Assembly: GCA_021414235.1 (NCBI GenBank)
Contig: JAIOOV010000004.1
Coordinates: forward strand, 342,157-406,156
Origin: Candidatus Parcubacteria bacterium
GTDB lineage: Bacteria > Patescibacteriota > Minisyncoccia > Phycocordibacterales > JAKFXT01
Direction of reading: 5' to 3'
Length of the DNA: 64,000 nucleotides
Part shown: piece after piece, positions 27,500-36,685 of the stretch
Numbering within the stretch: position 1 is the first letter of the stretch
Layout: the number at the start of each line of letters is the position of its first letter
The notes under the pieces: model-generated
Databases searched by the model: none
The model's input: the letters and a program-made list of their open reading frames with translations, nothing else
What the model was told of the DNA's origin: nothing
Translations under genes and position numbers: made by a program

Positions 27500-27817
27500 C
27501 TATTGCAGGATGATGATGGTCGGGTTGCCGACATCCCAGCCCACGAACTCGTCGCCGAAGCGCCGTCTGAGCTGATCACGGTGGGCGTGAAAGAACTTGT
27601 CGTAAGCCTTCTTGCCGGGACGCGGAAGCGTGTACTGAAATCCGATAGCCCGCTGGTCTTTTGCGCTTTCGCGCACGTGGAGTTGCGTGTATCCGGGCTG
27701 CGCTGCTCTCCATTCCATGGCAAGCGCTACTAGAACTTCCGGAGGCACGCTTTTGTGGAATTTCCACACACCTGTAACGACCTGCGGATTTTCGACAACC
27801 TGTGTCATCTGAGCCAT
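27500..27817 (-). CDS. Hypothetical protein (orphan)
   Basis: SD AGGAG; TTGACA-17-CATGCT upstream. Confidence 0.7.
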   Translation of the reverse strand: MAQMTQVVENPQVVTGVWKFHKSVPPEVLVALAMEWRAAQPGYTQLHVRESAKDQRAIGFQYTLPRPGKKAYDKFFHAHRDQLRRRFGDEFVGWDVGNPTIIILQ

Positions 27818-27923
27818 CGACGCTCTCCTGAGAGGTACGCACGACTGCGCACCTATTCAGCATGCTATGAAAGTGTATATATGTCAATAGTTATGTTGTA
27901 CCATTCAAAATTAAAGCGGCGAA

Positions 27924-29303
27924 TTAGAAAGGATAGATTCGCACGCCCTTGCTGGTATCTTCGAGTCCAAATCCTCTTTCTTTAAGTTCATCACGTAGTC
28001 GGTCGGAGGTGGGGAAGTCTTTGCTGGTGCGAGCGGACTCGCGTTCCCTGGCGAGCGCGAGGATGTCGTCGGGGATGACCTGATTGAGACCGAGAGCCAG
28101 TACCGTATCCATGCGAGCGAGAGCATCTTGCTTGGCTTCTTCATCCACATTCTCGTCCTTGGCGAGCTCAAAGGCGGCGGCGAGAGCTTGGGGAGTATTC
28201 AAGTCGTCTTCGAGGGCTTCTAGGAATTTCTGTTCGTAGGCTTGAGTGTCATCGGAGCCTGAAGGCTTTTCGCCTAGGGTGATTTGAGAAGCGGATTTGA
28301 CCAGCTGGGCGCGGGCAGAGCGAGCGCCCTCTAATGCTTCCCAGGAGAAGTTCATAGGGGAGCGGTAGTGGCCAGAGAGGAGCCAGAAGCGGTAGTCGAG
28401 AGGGCTGAAACCTTTTTCTTCTATATCTCGTAGCGAGAAGGTGTTACCGAGAGACTTGGAGATCTTCTGATCTTCAATGTTTATGAAAGCATTGTGCATC
28501 CAGAAGCGAGAGAGGGGTTTCCCCGTAGCGCTCTCAGACTGAGCGATCTCGTTGGTGTGATGCACTGGGATGTGGTCGATGCCGCCGGTGTGGATGTCGA
28601 AGGTCTCACCGAGGTAGCGCATGCTCATGGCAGAGCACTCGATGTGCCAGCCAGGGAAGCCTTTGCCCCAAGGGCTTTGCCAACCGAGTGCTTCATCAAA
28701 TTTCCAAAGAGCGAAGTCGCGAGGGTTCTTCTTTTCTGCATTTGCGCCGATGCGGGAGCGACTCTCGTCTACTGGAGGAAGTTCCTTACCGGCCAGCTTT
28801 CCATAATGAGGGTCTTTGGAGGTGTCGAAATATAAGCCGTCGGAGGTTTTGTAGAGGAAACCCTTGTTCTCGAGTCGTTCCAGGAGGGCGATATCCTCAG
28901 TAATGTGCTCGCTCGCGCGGGGCAGTTCGTGCGGAGCGAGGATGTTCATGGCTTCCAAGTCCTTCTTGAAGGCTTCCATATAGAAGGTGCCGAGCTCGAG
29001 CATGGCCTCCCGAGTGAGGGGTTTGCCTTCACGTTTGAGGGCCACGGTCATCTTGTCTTCGGTATCATCCGCATCTCCCACCAGATGTCCTATGTCGGTG
29101 ATATTGATGACCTGTTTGGTGGAGTAACCGAGCTTCTCCAGAGTACGGCGCAGTATATCTGCAAAGGTAAAAGAGCGGAGATTGCCGATATGGGCGTAGT
29201 CGTAGACGGTAGGGCCGCAATGGTACATCCGCACTTCATACGGAGGTGTGGGAGTGAAGTCTTCTTTTTGTCTGGAGACGGTGTTGTAGAGGCGGAGAGG
29301 CAT
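27924..29303 (-). CDS. cysS: Cysteine--tRNA ligase
   Basis: CGPTVYDYAHIGN, PGWHIECSAM, HHTNEIAQ, KISKSLGN. Confidence 0.97.
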   Translation of the reverse strand: MPLRLYNTVSRQKEDFTPTPPYEVRMYHCGPTVYDYAHIGNLRSFTFADILRRTLEKLGYSTKQVINITDIGHLVGDADDTEDKMTVALKREGKPLTREAMLELGTFYMEAFKKDLEAMNILAPHELPRASEHITEDIALLERLENKGFLYKTSDGLYFDTSKDPHYGKLAGKELPPVDESRSRIGANAEKKNPRDFALWKFDEALGWQSPWGKGFPGWHIECSAMSMRYLGETFDIHTGGIDHIPVHHTNEIAQSESATGKPLSRFWMHNAFINIEDQKISKSLGNTFSLRDIEEKGFSPLDYRFWLLSGHYRSPMNFSWEALEGARSARAQLVKSASQITLGEKPSGSDDTQAYEQKFLEALEDDLNTPQALAAAFELAKDENVDEEAKQDALARMDTVLALGLNQVIPDDILALARERESARTSKDFPTSDRLRDELKERGFGLEDTSKGVRIYPF

Positions 29304-29308
29304 GTGAG

Positions 29309-30226
29309 TTATAGCCACTTCTTGTATCTAAAGTACACCACGATACTTGCGAGAGCGAGGAGCATGAGGATGATCACTCCGTAGAAGCCGTTCGCTACGT
29401 CGGTGAAGGGCTTGCCCTGTACTTCCATGGCAAAGAGTTCGGCGATGAGGGAGAGCGGCAGGATAGCGAAGGAGATGACGGTGAGCGTGCGGATGACCTC
29501 ATTCTGCTTGGCAGAGACGAGCGCGTCGTGGGTGAGGCGTAGTTCGTGGAGGAGTTCCTTGTTGCTCTCGAGCGCCTCGCGTACGCGGTAGTAGGCGCCC
29601 ATGGCCCCAGAGAGGCTGTCTTTGAAGTCTTCTCCGAAGAGCTGGGCACCTGAGCTCTCCAGTGAGGTCAGCACTTCGTGGTGAAGGCGGGTAGCCTGCT
29701 TTGACGCGAGGAGTTCACGGCCAGCAAAGGAGAGCTTGCCTACTAGGTCGCGGGCATTCTCGTCGAAGACGCTTTTCTCTATGGCGATGAGCGTACTCTC
29801 TAGGTGCTCCAGGTCGTGGAGGAGGGAACCGTAGAGGCTTTTGAGGAGGTGGGAAAAGAGGTGTCCGGCATGGGCTCCATTCTTTTCTCCACGATCTCTG
29901 AGTGCTCCCACCTCAAAGGCTTTGGCGAAGACGCGCAGCGGCTCGATACTCTCGTAGCGTACGGTGAGGAGGAAATTCTTGCCGATGACGAAATCTATTT
30001 CATGGCTGCCTCCGGTGCGTACATTGGGACCCGCAGCAGGGAAGTGGAGGATGAGATACAGGTGGTCGGCATAGAGATCGACTCTCGGTTTGGCGGTAGG
30101 GGTGAAGAGCTCTTCGCCCGCGGAAGGCGCGATGTGATATTCCGCGACCAGCGCGCGGACTTCTTCAGGGGTAGGGCAGGAGGCGTCTATCCAGGTGAGG
30201 CCGTTGTATTGTCGCTTCTCCACCAT
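29309..30226 (-). CDS. corA: CorA-family divalent cation transporter
   Basis: Cytoplasmic funnel domain plus two C-terminal TMs after NEVIRTLT; GMN signature replaced by AME. Confidence 0.8.
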   Translation of the reverse strand: MVEKRQYNGLTWIDASCPTPEEVRALVAEYHIAPSAGEELFTPTAKPRVDLYADHLYLILHFPAAGPNVRTGGSHEIDFVIGKNFLLTVRYESIEPLRVFAKAFEVGALRDRGEKNGAHAGHLFSHLLKSLYGSLLHDLEHLESTLIAIEKSVFDENARDLVGKLSFAGRELLASKQATRLHHEVLTSLESSGAQLFGEDFKDSLSGAMGAYYRVREALESNKELLHELRLTHDALVSAKQNEVIRTLTVISFAILPLSLIAELFAMEVQGKPFTDVANGFYGVIILMLLALASIVVYFRYKKWL

Positions 30227-30307
30227 ATGCGTATGTCGATAAGTATACCCGATGCAGCGCATTTACTTATACCAAACGCTTTGAGATAATCCTCAGATAT
30301 ATTTCGT

Positions 30308-31516
30308 ATGCCTTCCTCCAGCTATTCTCGCTACATCGTCAAAGGTCTCCTCGCGCTCGCCATCTTTGCAGGCGGCGTATATAGCGCACCTCTCTTCCGG
30401 TCTTCTGTTGCTTCTGTAGGTGCGGTCAATACTCAGTCGGATGTAAAAGCCGACTTCGGTCCCTTCTGGGATGCGTGGGCGCTCCTCAATGAGAAGTATG
30501 GCGGCGACACGGTCCCTACCGATCAGGAAAAGGTCTGGGGAGCCATCTCTGGGCTTGCCTCCTCCTACGGCGATCCGTACACGGTCTTCTTCCCGCCGGT
30601 AGAATCCAAGAACTTTGAGAGCGATATCGCAGGTAACTTCGAGGGCGTGGGTATGGAGATCGGTATCCGGGATGATGCGCTGGTAGTCATTGCGCCTCTC
30701 AAAGACACCCCGGCAGCCCGTGCAGGCATCCTCGCGGGAGACAAGATACTCCGTATCGGCACCACTACGACCGCAGGTCTTGGCGTGGACAAGGCGGTCA
30801 AGCTCATCAGGGGACCGCGTGCGACTCAGGTGACGCTCCTTCTCTCTCGCGAGGGTATCGGGCAGCCTTTTGAAAAGACGCTCACCCGCGCGCAGATCGA
30901 TATCCCCACGGTGCGTACGGAGATGCGCAAGGACGGCGTTTTCGTCATTAGTCTCTATAACTTCTCGGCTCCCTCCATGGGACTCTTCCGGAACGCGCTC
31001 CGTGAGTTCGTAAGCTCAGGTACCGACAAGCTCATCCTCGACCTCCGTAACAACCCTGGCGGTTACCTGGAAGCCTCTGTGGATATGGCCAGCTGGTTCC
31101 TGCCTGCGGGCAAGACGGTGGTGAGGGAGGATTTCGGCAAGGAAGAGAGCGAACAGATCTATCGCAGTAAAGGCTATGACATTTTCACTGATCAGCTCAA
31201 ATTCGCCATCCTGGTGAACGGTGGCTCCGCTTCCGCTTCCGAGATTTTAGCAGGTGCGCTCCAGGATCATAAGAAAGCGATTCTCGTAGGAGAGAAGACC
31301 TTCGGAAAGGGCTCTGTGCAGGAATTGGTTAAGATCACTCCGGAGACTTCGCTCAAGGTGACCATCGCACGTTGGCTTACTCCGAACGGTCTTTCCATCT
31401 CGCACAACGGACTCACTCCGGACGTAGTGGTGTCTCTCTCTACGACCACTCCTAAAGGCGAAGTGCCGGTAGATACGCAGATGGAGAAGGCAGCGGCGCT
31501 CCTTAAGGCACGCTAG
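30308..31516 (+). CDS. Carboxy-terminal processing protease (S41A, PDZ)
   Basis: DPYT, LDLRNNPGG, SASASEI, TFGKGSVQ. Confidence 0.93.
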   Translation: MPSSSYSRYIVKGLLALAIFAGGVYSAPLFRSSVASVGAVNTQSDVKADFGPFWDAWALLNEKYGGDTVPTDQEKVWGAISGLASSYGDPYTVFFPPVESKNFESDIAGNFEGVGMEIGIRDDALVVIAPLKDTPAARAGILAGDKILRIGTTTTAGLGVDKAVKLIRGPRATQVTLLLSREGIGQPFEKTLTRAQIDIPTVRTEMRKDGVFVISLYNFSAPSMGLFRNALREFVSSGTDKLILDLRNNPGGYLEASVDMASWFLPAGKTVVREDFGKEESEQIYRSKGYDIFTDQLKFAILVNGGSASASEILAGALQDHKKAILVGEKTFGKGSVQELVKITPETSLKVTIARWLTPNGLSISHNGLTPDVVVSLSTTTPKGEVPVDTQMEKAAALLKAR

Positions 31517-31551
31517 GGGACAGACAGGCTTTTTCTTGATAGGTTAGGGGT

Positions 31552-31995
31552 ATGAAAGTAGTGCTATTGAAGGATGTCCCAAAGTTCGGGCGGAAGAACG
31601 AGGTCAAAGATGTCTCCGACGGCTACGCGGCTAATTTCCTCTTTCCGCGTAAGCTGGCCCAGCCCGCTACGGCAGCACTCCTCGCCAAGGTGGGGGAGAT
31701 GAGCCTAAAGAGTGCCGCCCAAGAGAAAGTGCATAGCGCCTTCTTCGCTAAGCACCTGCGGACGCTTGAGGAGACGCCGGTGGTCCTCTACGGCAAGGCC
31801 AACGAACAGGGGCATCTCTTCGCAGGTATTCATAAGGAAGCCGTACTCAGTGCGATCTGGGAGAAAGTGGGTGCGGAGTTCCCCAAAGAAGCGCTGTTAC
31901 TTGATAAGGCGATCCGTACGACGGGGGTCACGCGGATTCCGGTGGAAGCCCATGGTCAGAAGGGCTTCGTGACGGTGGAGGTGAAGGGGAAGTAG
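31552..31995 (+). CDS. rplI: 50S ribosomal protein L9
   Basis: MKVVLLKDV...VSDGYAANFLFP. Confidence 0.95.
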   Translation: MKVVLLKDVPKFGRKNEVKDVSDGYAANFLFPRKLAQPATAALLAKVGEMSLKSAAQEKVHSAFFAKHLRTLEETPVVLYGKANEQGHLFAGIHKEAVLSAIWEKVGAEFPKEALLLDKAIRTTGVTRIPVEAHGQKGFVTVEVKGK

Positions 31996-32053
31996 TTTAT
32001 AAAAAAGTGAATCCCGCGCCAGATTGGCGCGGGATTGTGCCGAGAGGGTGAAC

Positions 32054-32233
32054 TCAGGCGGCGGCGAACCTGCCCTGTGCTCCTTCCGGATTAATATTCC
32101 CGGGCAGAGAAGAGGGAGTGATTGTGGAGATCTCCCAGAGACCGAGAGCTGGCCTGATGGGGACTGGCAAGCACTGTTGCTGTGCAGCAACTGCCAGGTG
32201 GTAGGTGGACGGCATGATGGGTTCCGACGACAC
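32054..32233 (-). CDS. Small hypothetical protein, 59 aa (not in the ORF track)
   Basis: GTG after GGAG; TTGACA-17-GATAAC at 32309-32281; hairpin at 32010-32036 downstream. Confidence 0.4.
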   Translation of the reverse strand: MSSEPIMPSTYHLAVAAQQQCLPVPIRPALGLWEISTITPSSLPGNINPEGAQGRFAAA

Positions 32234-32367
32234 GATAACTTCTCCAGTCTTTTTGCAATTAAAGAACAGTGTGCCCTTTTGTTATCGGCGAAATGAGAAG
32301 CGATGTCAAATTGTGGATTAGGGAAACCGCCCGCACCAAGGTGCGAGCGGCGTAGTTGCGGGGGTGT

Positions 32368-32868
32368 TTATGAAGCCTTCAGGAAGATGACCTCCTGGTT
32401 GAATCTCTTCCTCACGAAGTCCCTTACTTCTCTGTGGAAGAACTTCGGGGTGACGCGGGGCATATACTCTCGGCACTCCGAGCGTGGTTGTCCGGGCCTC
32501 GGCAGGTCAAAGGCAAAGCAGGCAAAGAGTTGGGGGAGAAGAGTTGTGCCCCGGCCCATGCCTGCTTTTTCCGGTTCGACGCCTTCGACGTAGATGGCGA
32601 AGGCGCTACTAGAGATGGTGAAGGGGACCGTGTCCCGACGGACAAGTCCACCTTCTCCGGGGGTGAGGTACTCCTGTCGGAGAAATTGTCCTTCGCACCA
32701 GTCGATCACTCGCAGGTAACCGATAGAGAAGTCGTACGGGTTCTTACGTTGGCCGAGGAATGGCAGGTAGGGGTATTGCGCCGAGAAATGGTTCTGCAGC
32801 TTCTCCACGAGCTTTTTTGTGAAGGCCTGGCAGTCGGTCACTTCGGCATAGGGCCCGATTGTGTCCAC
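32368..32868 (-). CDS. Hypothetical protein (orphan)
   Basis: GTG after AGGAGG; TTGCTT-16-TATCCT upstream. Confidence 0.65.
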   Translation of the reverse strand: MDTIGPYAEVTDCQAFTKKLVEKLQNHFSAQYPYLPFLGQRKNPYDFSIGYLRVIDWCEGQFLRQEYLTPGEGGLVRRDTVPFTISSSAFAIYVEGVEPEKAGMGRGTTLLPQLFACFAFDLPRPGQPRSECREYMPRVTPKFFHREVRDFVRKRFNQEVIFLKAS

Positions 32869-32954
32869 GATGGGTCCTCCTGTTCAGTTCTGGCTGCAGG
32901 ATAGCGCTTTGGCGTTAAAAAGCAAAAACCCCGCCTTTTGAGCGGGGTTTTTGT

Positions 32955-33227
32955 TTACTTTACGTTGACTACTTTCTTGATGAGAGTTTTCCCGTCAAAG
33001 TGCTTCTTGCGGGTAGAGGAGAAGGAGACGATGCCAGGCTTGAGAGCGAAGAGAGTGTGGTCTTTGCCCATGCCGACGTTTACTCCCGGGAGGATGCGGG
33101 TGCCGCGCTGGCGTATGATGACAGAGCCCTCTTTGGCAGTCTCGCCTTCATAGAGCTTAGTACCCAGGTATTTGGGCTGTGAGTCGCGTAGGTTTTTGGC
33201 TGAACCGCCAGCTTTTTTCGTTGCCAT
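32955..33227 (-). CDS. rpmA: 50S ribosomal protein L27
   Basis: [23 protein letters not shown]. Confidence 0.97.
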   Translation of the reverse strand: MATKKAGGSAKNLRDSQPKYLGTKLYEGETAKEGSVIIRQRGTRILPGVNVGMGKDHTLFALKPGIVSFSSTRKKHFDGKTLIKKVVNVK

Positions 33228-33251
33228 AGCTTGCTTTTACCGTATAATTAA

Positions 33252-33650
33252 GTGCGTGTGATTATACGAGATGCCTTGGATAAAATCAAGGGCGCTCTGC
33301 TCTCTGTGCCACGGGAGCTCTTTGTGGGGGTAATCGTGGTCCTGGTGGGTACCGCCTCCTTCGGCCTCGGGAGGCTTTCAAGTCAGGAGATAGCTAGGAC
33401 CCCGGTCAGGATCTTGTATCCAGAAGGGGAGGGCACAGAAGTGGCTTCAGGGGGGAGAGGAGTGGCTACCGCGGCGGCTGCGGCCGCCCTGAAGCCTTCA
33501 GGAGCCGTAGTAGCCTCCTCCAAGGGAACCAAATATCACTTCTCCTGGTGCCCAGGGGCCAAGAGCATCAGCGAGAAGAACAAGATTTCCTTTGAATCAG
33601 CGGCTCTAGCCGAGAGCGCGGGCTACACGCTGGCAGCCAATTGCAAGTAG
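33252..33650 (+). CDS. Membrane-anchored protein with Ada-like metal-binding C-terminal domain
   Basis: TM helix, ASFGLGRLS, ASSKGTKYHFSWC...AESAGY...C. Confidence 0.7.
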   Translation: MRVIIRDALDKIKGALLSVPRELFVGVIVVLVGTASFGLGRLSSQEIARTPVRILYPEGEGTEVASGGRGVATAAAAAALKPSGAVVASSKGTKYHFSWCPGAKSISEKNKISFESAALAESAGYTLAANCK

Positions 33651-33651
33651 T

Positions 33652-33930
33652 ATGTTCAAGAAATTCAAGCCTACCCACAAGCGGATACTCTTAAACTTCT
33701 CCGGCTGGGCGTTGATAGTATTTGGCGGGGTAGGGATTTTCCTGCCAGTCCTCCAGGGCCTCCTCTTCCTTGCCATAGGATTCTATCTCCTCTCGCTCCA
33801 TTCCCCGTGGTTCCATGCAAAGCTGCTGAGCCTCCGGCGTAGGTACCCGCGTTTCGCCGGACCGCTTAAGAGAGTGGACACTTGGGTGCGCAAGCAGTTC
33901 GGGCTGGAGATAGAAACACAATCCGTATGA
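33652..33930 (+). CDS. Small membrane protein (PGPGW/DUF454-like)
   Basis: GWALIVFGGVGIFLPVLQGLLFLAIG. Confidence 0.7.
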   Translation: MFKKFKPTHKRILLNFSGWALIVFGGVGIFLPVLQGLLFLAIGFYLLSLHSPWFHAKLLSLRRRYPRFAGPLKRVDTWVRKQFGLEIETQSV

Positions 33931-34520
33931 TCGTCCTTGATGTAGAAGCGAGCGGTACCGACCCGTACAAGCACTCCTTAGTGAGTATCGGGGCGCTTGA
34001 TTTTAATAATCCCAAGAATCAATTCTATGCAGAGTGCCGCATTTGGGAGGGTGCGCATGTGATGGAGGAAGCGCTCGCGGTCTGCGGCTTCTCAGAAGCG
34101 GAGATCCGCGATCCCAAGAAGAAGAGCGATAAAGAGATCGTGCAGGAATTCCTGGCATGGATGAGCAAAGCGGAGGACCATACCACGGCGGGTCAGAATC
34201 CCTCTTTCGACCGCGACTTCATCAAGGCGACTTGCGAGCGCTATCATCTGGACTATCCGCTGGCGCATCGCACCATCGACACGCACACGGCTGCGTATGT
34301 GCATATGGTGAAGTGGGGAATAGAGCCGCCGGTGGAGCATAAGCGCTCTGCGCTCAATTCCTCCGCCATCCAGCGCTATGTGGGGATACCCGAGGAACCC
34401 AAGCCCCACAATGCGCTGAATGGCGCCAAAGTGGCCGCAGAAGAGCTCTCCCGCCTTCTCTACGACAAGAAGCTCCTGCCGGAATTCAAGGAGTTTGATA
34501 TTCCCTGGCTCGCACGTTAG
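33927..34520 (+). CDS. DEDD 3'-5' exonuclease
   Basis: VLDVEASG, GQNPSFDRDF, HNALNGA. Confidence 0.85.
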   Translation: MIVLDVEASGTDPYKHSLVSIGALDFNNPKNQFYAECRIWEGAHVMEEALAVCGFSEAEIRDPKKKSDKEIVQEFLAWMSKAEDHTTAGQNPSFDRDFIKATCERYHLDYPLAHRTIDTHTAAYVHMVKWGIEPPVEHKRSALNSSAIQRYVGIPEEPKPHNALNGAKVAAEELSRLLYDKKLLPEFKEFDIPWLAR

Positions 34521-34551
34521 GATGCCTTCAAGGCGTTACCGCCTATATTCC

Positions 34552-34824
34552 ATGCCGCGAACTCAGAAGATATATCTCTCGGATACGGACAAGAAGATCG
34601 CCGGTGTCTGCGGGGGACTCGCGGAGCGCTTCGCTCTCGACTCGACACTCGTCCGCTTGGCTTTCGTATTCACAGCGCTGGTGACGGCCATCTTCCCGGT
34701 AGTCTTCACCTATATCGTGGCGATGCTCATCATCCCGCATAAGCCGAAGATGGCGGCTCCTGCCAAGGATCCCTGGAGGGAGTTTGTGGAAACAGAAGAA
34801 GCCAAGGATTTGGATCAGCAGTAA
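34552..34824 (+). CDS. PspC domain protein
   Basis: DKKIAGVCGGLAERF...LVRL...YIVAMLIIP. Confidence 0.9.
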   Translation: MPRTQKIYLSDTDKKIAGVCGGLAERFALDSTLVRLAFVFTALVTAIFPVVFTYIVAMLIIPHKPKMAAPAKDPWREFVETEEAKDLDQQ

Positions 34825-34828
34825 ATAT

Positions 34829-34902
34829 CGGGCCGTAGTATACCGGTAGTACGCGTCCATGGGGTGGATGTAGACCGGGTTCGATTCCCGGCGGCCCGAC
34901 CA
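34829..34902 (+). tRNA. tRNA-Pro (GGG), CCA encoded
   Basis: Acceptor CGGGCCG/CGGCCCG, anticodon arm CGTCC-ATGGGGT-GGATG, T arm CCGGG-TTCGATT-CCCGG. Confidence 0.93.
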
Positions 34903-34912
34903 AAATTTATAC

Positions 34913-35260
34913 ATGGTCTCACTTCGAACAGAGGAGGCGAAAAATAAATACAACGAACATCGACGGGTCAGCACCTCGGAACCTTGTCCCTTATGCGGGA
35001 GGGAGGCGATAAAAGCTTTCAAATACTGGAAGATCATACTCAACCATTTCCCTTACGATAGGATCGCGGAAGTGCATCATATGCTCGTGCCTATGCGTCA
35101 CGTGGCTGAGGACGCCCTAGACGAAGAAGAGTTAGAAGAATTGAAAGCCATCAAGACAACCTCCGCACATATGGACTACGACTGGATCATCGAAGCGACC
35201 CACAAGAATAAATCTATTCCTGAACATTTTCATCTACATCTGATAGTTGGGAAGGCGTAA
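34913..35260 (+). CDS. HIT-family protein
   Basis: CPLC, NHFPYD, SIPEHFHLHLI histidine triad. Confidence 0.85.
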   Translation: MVSLRTEEAKNKYNEHRRVSTSEPCPLCGREAIKAFKYWKIILNHFPYDRIAEVHHMLVPMRHVAEDALDEEELEELKAIKTTSAHMDYDWIIEATHKNKSIPEHFHLHLIVGKA

Positions 35261-35323
35261 AAACGAAACCAGCGCCTGCCCGGGAGGAGGCAGAGCGCTG
35301 GGATAGGTATGAGGATTTCCTCT

Positions 35324-35722
35324 TCATACCCGTGGGCGAGGTTGGAAGCAGAGCAGACGTTGGCAAGGATCTAAATATGCCGGGCTGGTCGTTCCAGGAT
35401 CGGCATTGTAGAGCTTCCGGACACAGATGTGATTCCGTGACCAATCCGGAGCGTTGCCTTGCTTGAGGTAGTGGTGGTTGAGGACGGGGCACCACTTGTT
35501 CTCTATGAAGACCTTGGTGACAGGGGATTCCTGGACATCTTCGTCGGCGATCGGCCGACAGTCCTGGTTATTGCAGCAGCCGTCGCCCTTGAGGTTCTTC
35601 CAATCCGAGTAATTGACGGACGGCTCATCGGCCTTGGTCGGATGGTGTTCCTCGTGTGCGGCTGCGGGGCTGCTCAAGAACCCCATGAAAAGAATCAAGG
35701 CGAGCAATGCTAAGCGTGCCAT
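35324..35722 (-). CDS. Secreted Cys-rich hypothetical protein
   Basis: Signal peptide ending PAAA-H; GCCNNQDCRP, HIC, LCF; SD GGAGG. Confidence 0.7.
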   Translation of the reverse strand: MARLALLALILFMGFLSSPAAAHEEHHPTKADEPSVNYSDWKNLKGDGCCNNQDCRPIADEDVQESPVTKVFIENKWCPVLNHHYLKQGNAPDWSRNHICVRKLYNADPGTTSPAYLDPCQRLLCFQPRPRV

Positions 35723-35935
35723 TGTTGCCCTCCATCTCGTTTGGTTTGTCTGATGAACTCTGACGAGCTTTATATGCCGAAGTGCGACTAAGGAAGGTAC
35801 AAAGATAGCTCGTCCCCTTAAGCCTACATCCAGGGGAGGGGAGGGCAACTGGACGGTTTGTTTGCGGGATGTCGTAAAAAAGAGCCGGGCCTGCCTTGCG
35901 GCGAACCCAGCTCAGTTGATTGCTCGGGGCGGGTT

Positions 35936-36082
35936 CTAAACCCACCAATTGATTCCTCCGAGCCGCTGTGACTTCGGAGGGTCAACCGCCGCAGGCGGCG
36001 CAGCCGACTGATCCTTCCGGTCCTCCTTAGGGGTTTCGGTCGGCTTCCTTACCCCCGTATCCTCGCGTTTCTGGTCGTCCAT
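35936..36082 (-). CDS. Small hypothetical protein, 48 aa (not in the ORF track)
   Basis: SD GGAGGGG; MDDQKREDTG...GGINWWV; promoter-like TTGCGC-17-TACCTT. Confidence 0.4.
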   Translation of the reverse strand: MDDQKREDTGVRKPTETPKEDRKDQSAAPPAAVDPPKSQRLGGINWWV

Positions 36083-36236
36083 GAACCCCTCCATCCGGGT
36101 GATGACTTCTCAAAACGTATTTGTACTTCTTTCTCATAAAGGTAGACCTTGTCGTTAGAGGGCGCAATGTGTGGATACTGTCATAACACAAAACCCGCCT
36201 CGTGGCGGGTTTTTGCAGTTCCTCAGAAGAGGAGAC

Positions 36237-36632
36237 TTATGCAGACTTGCGGTTGTCTATGCTGAGGGTGCCTGCGCCATAGGTGGCGACGTAGAGGAGA
36301 CCGCCGATGATGGAGAGGTTCTTGAGGAACATGACGATCTGCGTCTCGTCCTGCAGGAAGTTATGGAAGAGAGCAGAGGCGACGAGGGTGAAGAGGATAA
36401 GCGCCCAAGCTCCCCAACGGGTCTTCCAGCCGAGCAGGAGGGAGAGGCCGCCGATGAGCTCGAAGGCGATACCGAGGCCGAGCATGAAGGAAGGCCACAT
36501 GACTACGTCTTGCATGTAGGCCGCCGTGCCGGCAAAGCCGGTGATCTTGCCGTACGCTGCGTAGAGGAATAAGGAAGCGATGAAGACGCGGCCTACGAGC
36601 GCGGCGTACTTCTCGGTAAATGCCATCAACAT
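36237..36632 (-). CDS. DoxX-family membrane protein
   Basis: GRVFIASLF, ELIGGLSLLLG, FLKNLSIIGGLL, GAGTLSID. Confidence 0.9.
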   Translation of the reverse strand: MLMAFTEKYAALVGRVFIASLFLYAAYGKITGFAGTAAYMQDVVMWPSFMLGLGIAFELIGGLSLLLGWKTRWGAWALILFTLVASALFHNFLQDETQIVMFLKNLSIIGGLLYVATYGAGTLSIDNRKSA

Positions 36633-36685
36633 GAAGTATTGCTAACTATTATGGGTAATGAGACTATTCTAACACCCTCATTTTT

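Noticed and set aside
35749-35815. Hammerhead ribozyme (CTGATGA)
   Set aside because: No stem II followed by GAAA and no compatible cleavage triplet.
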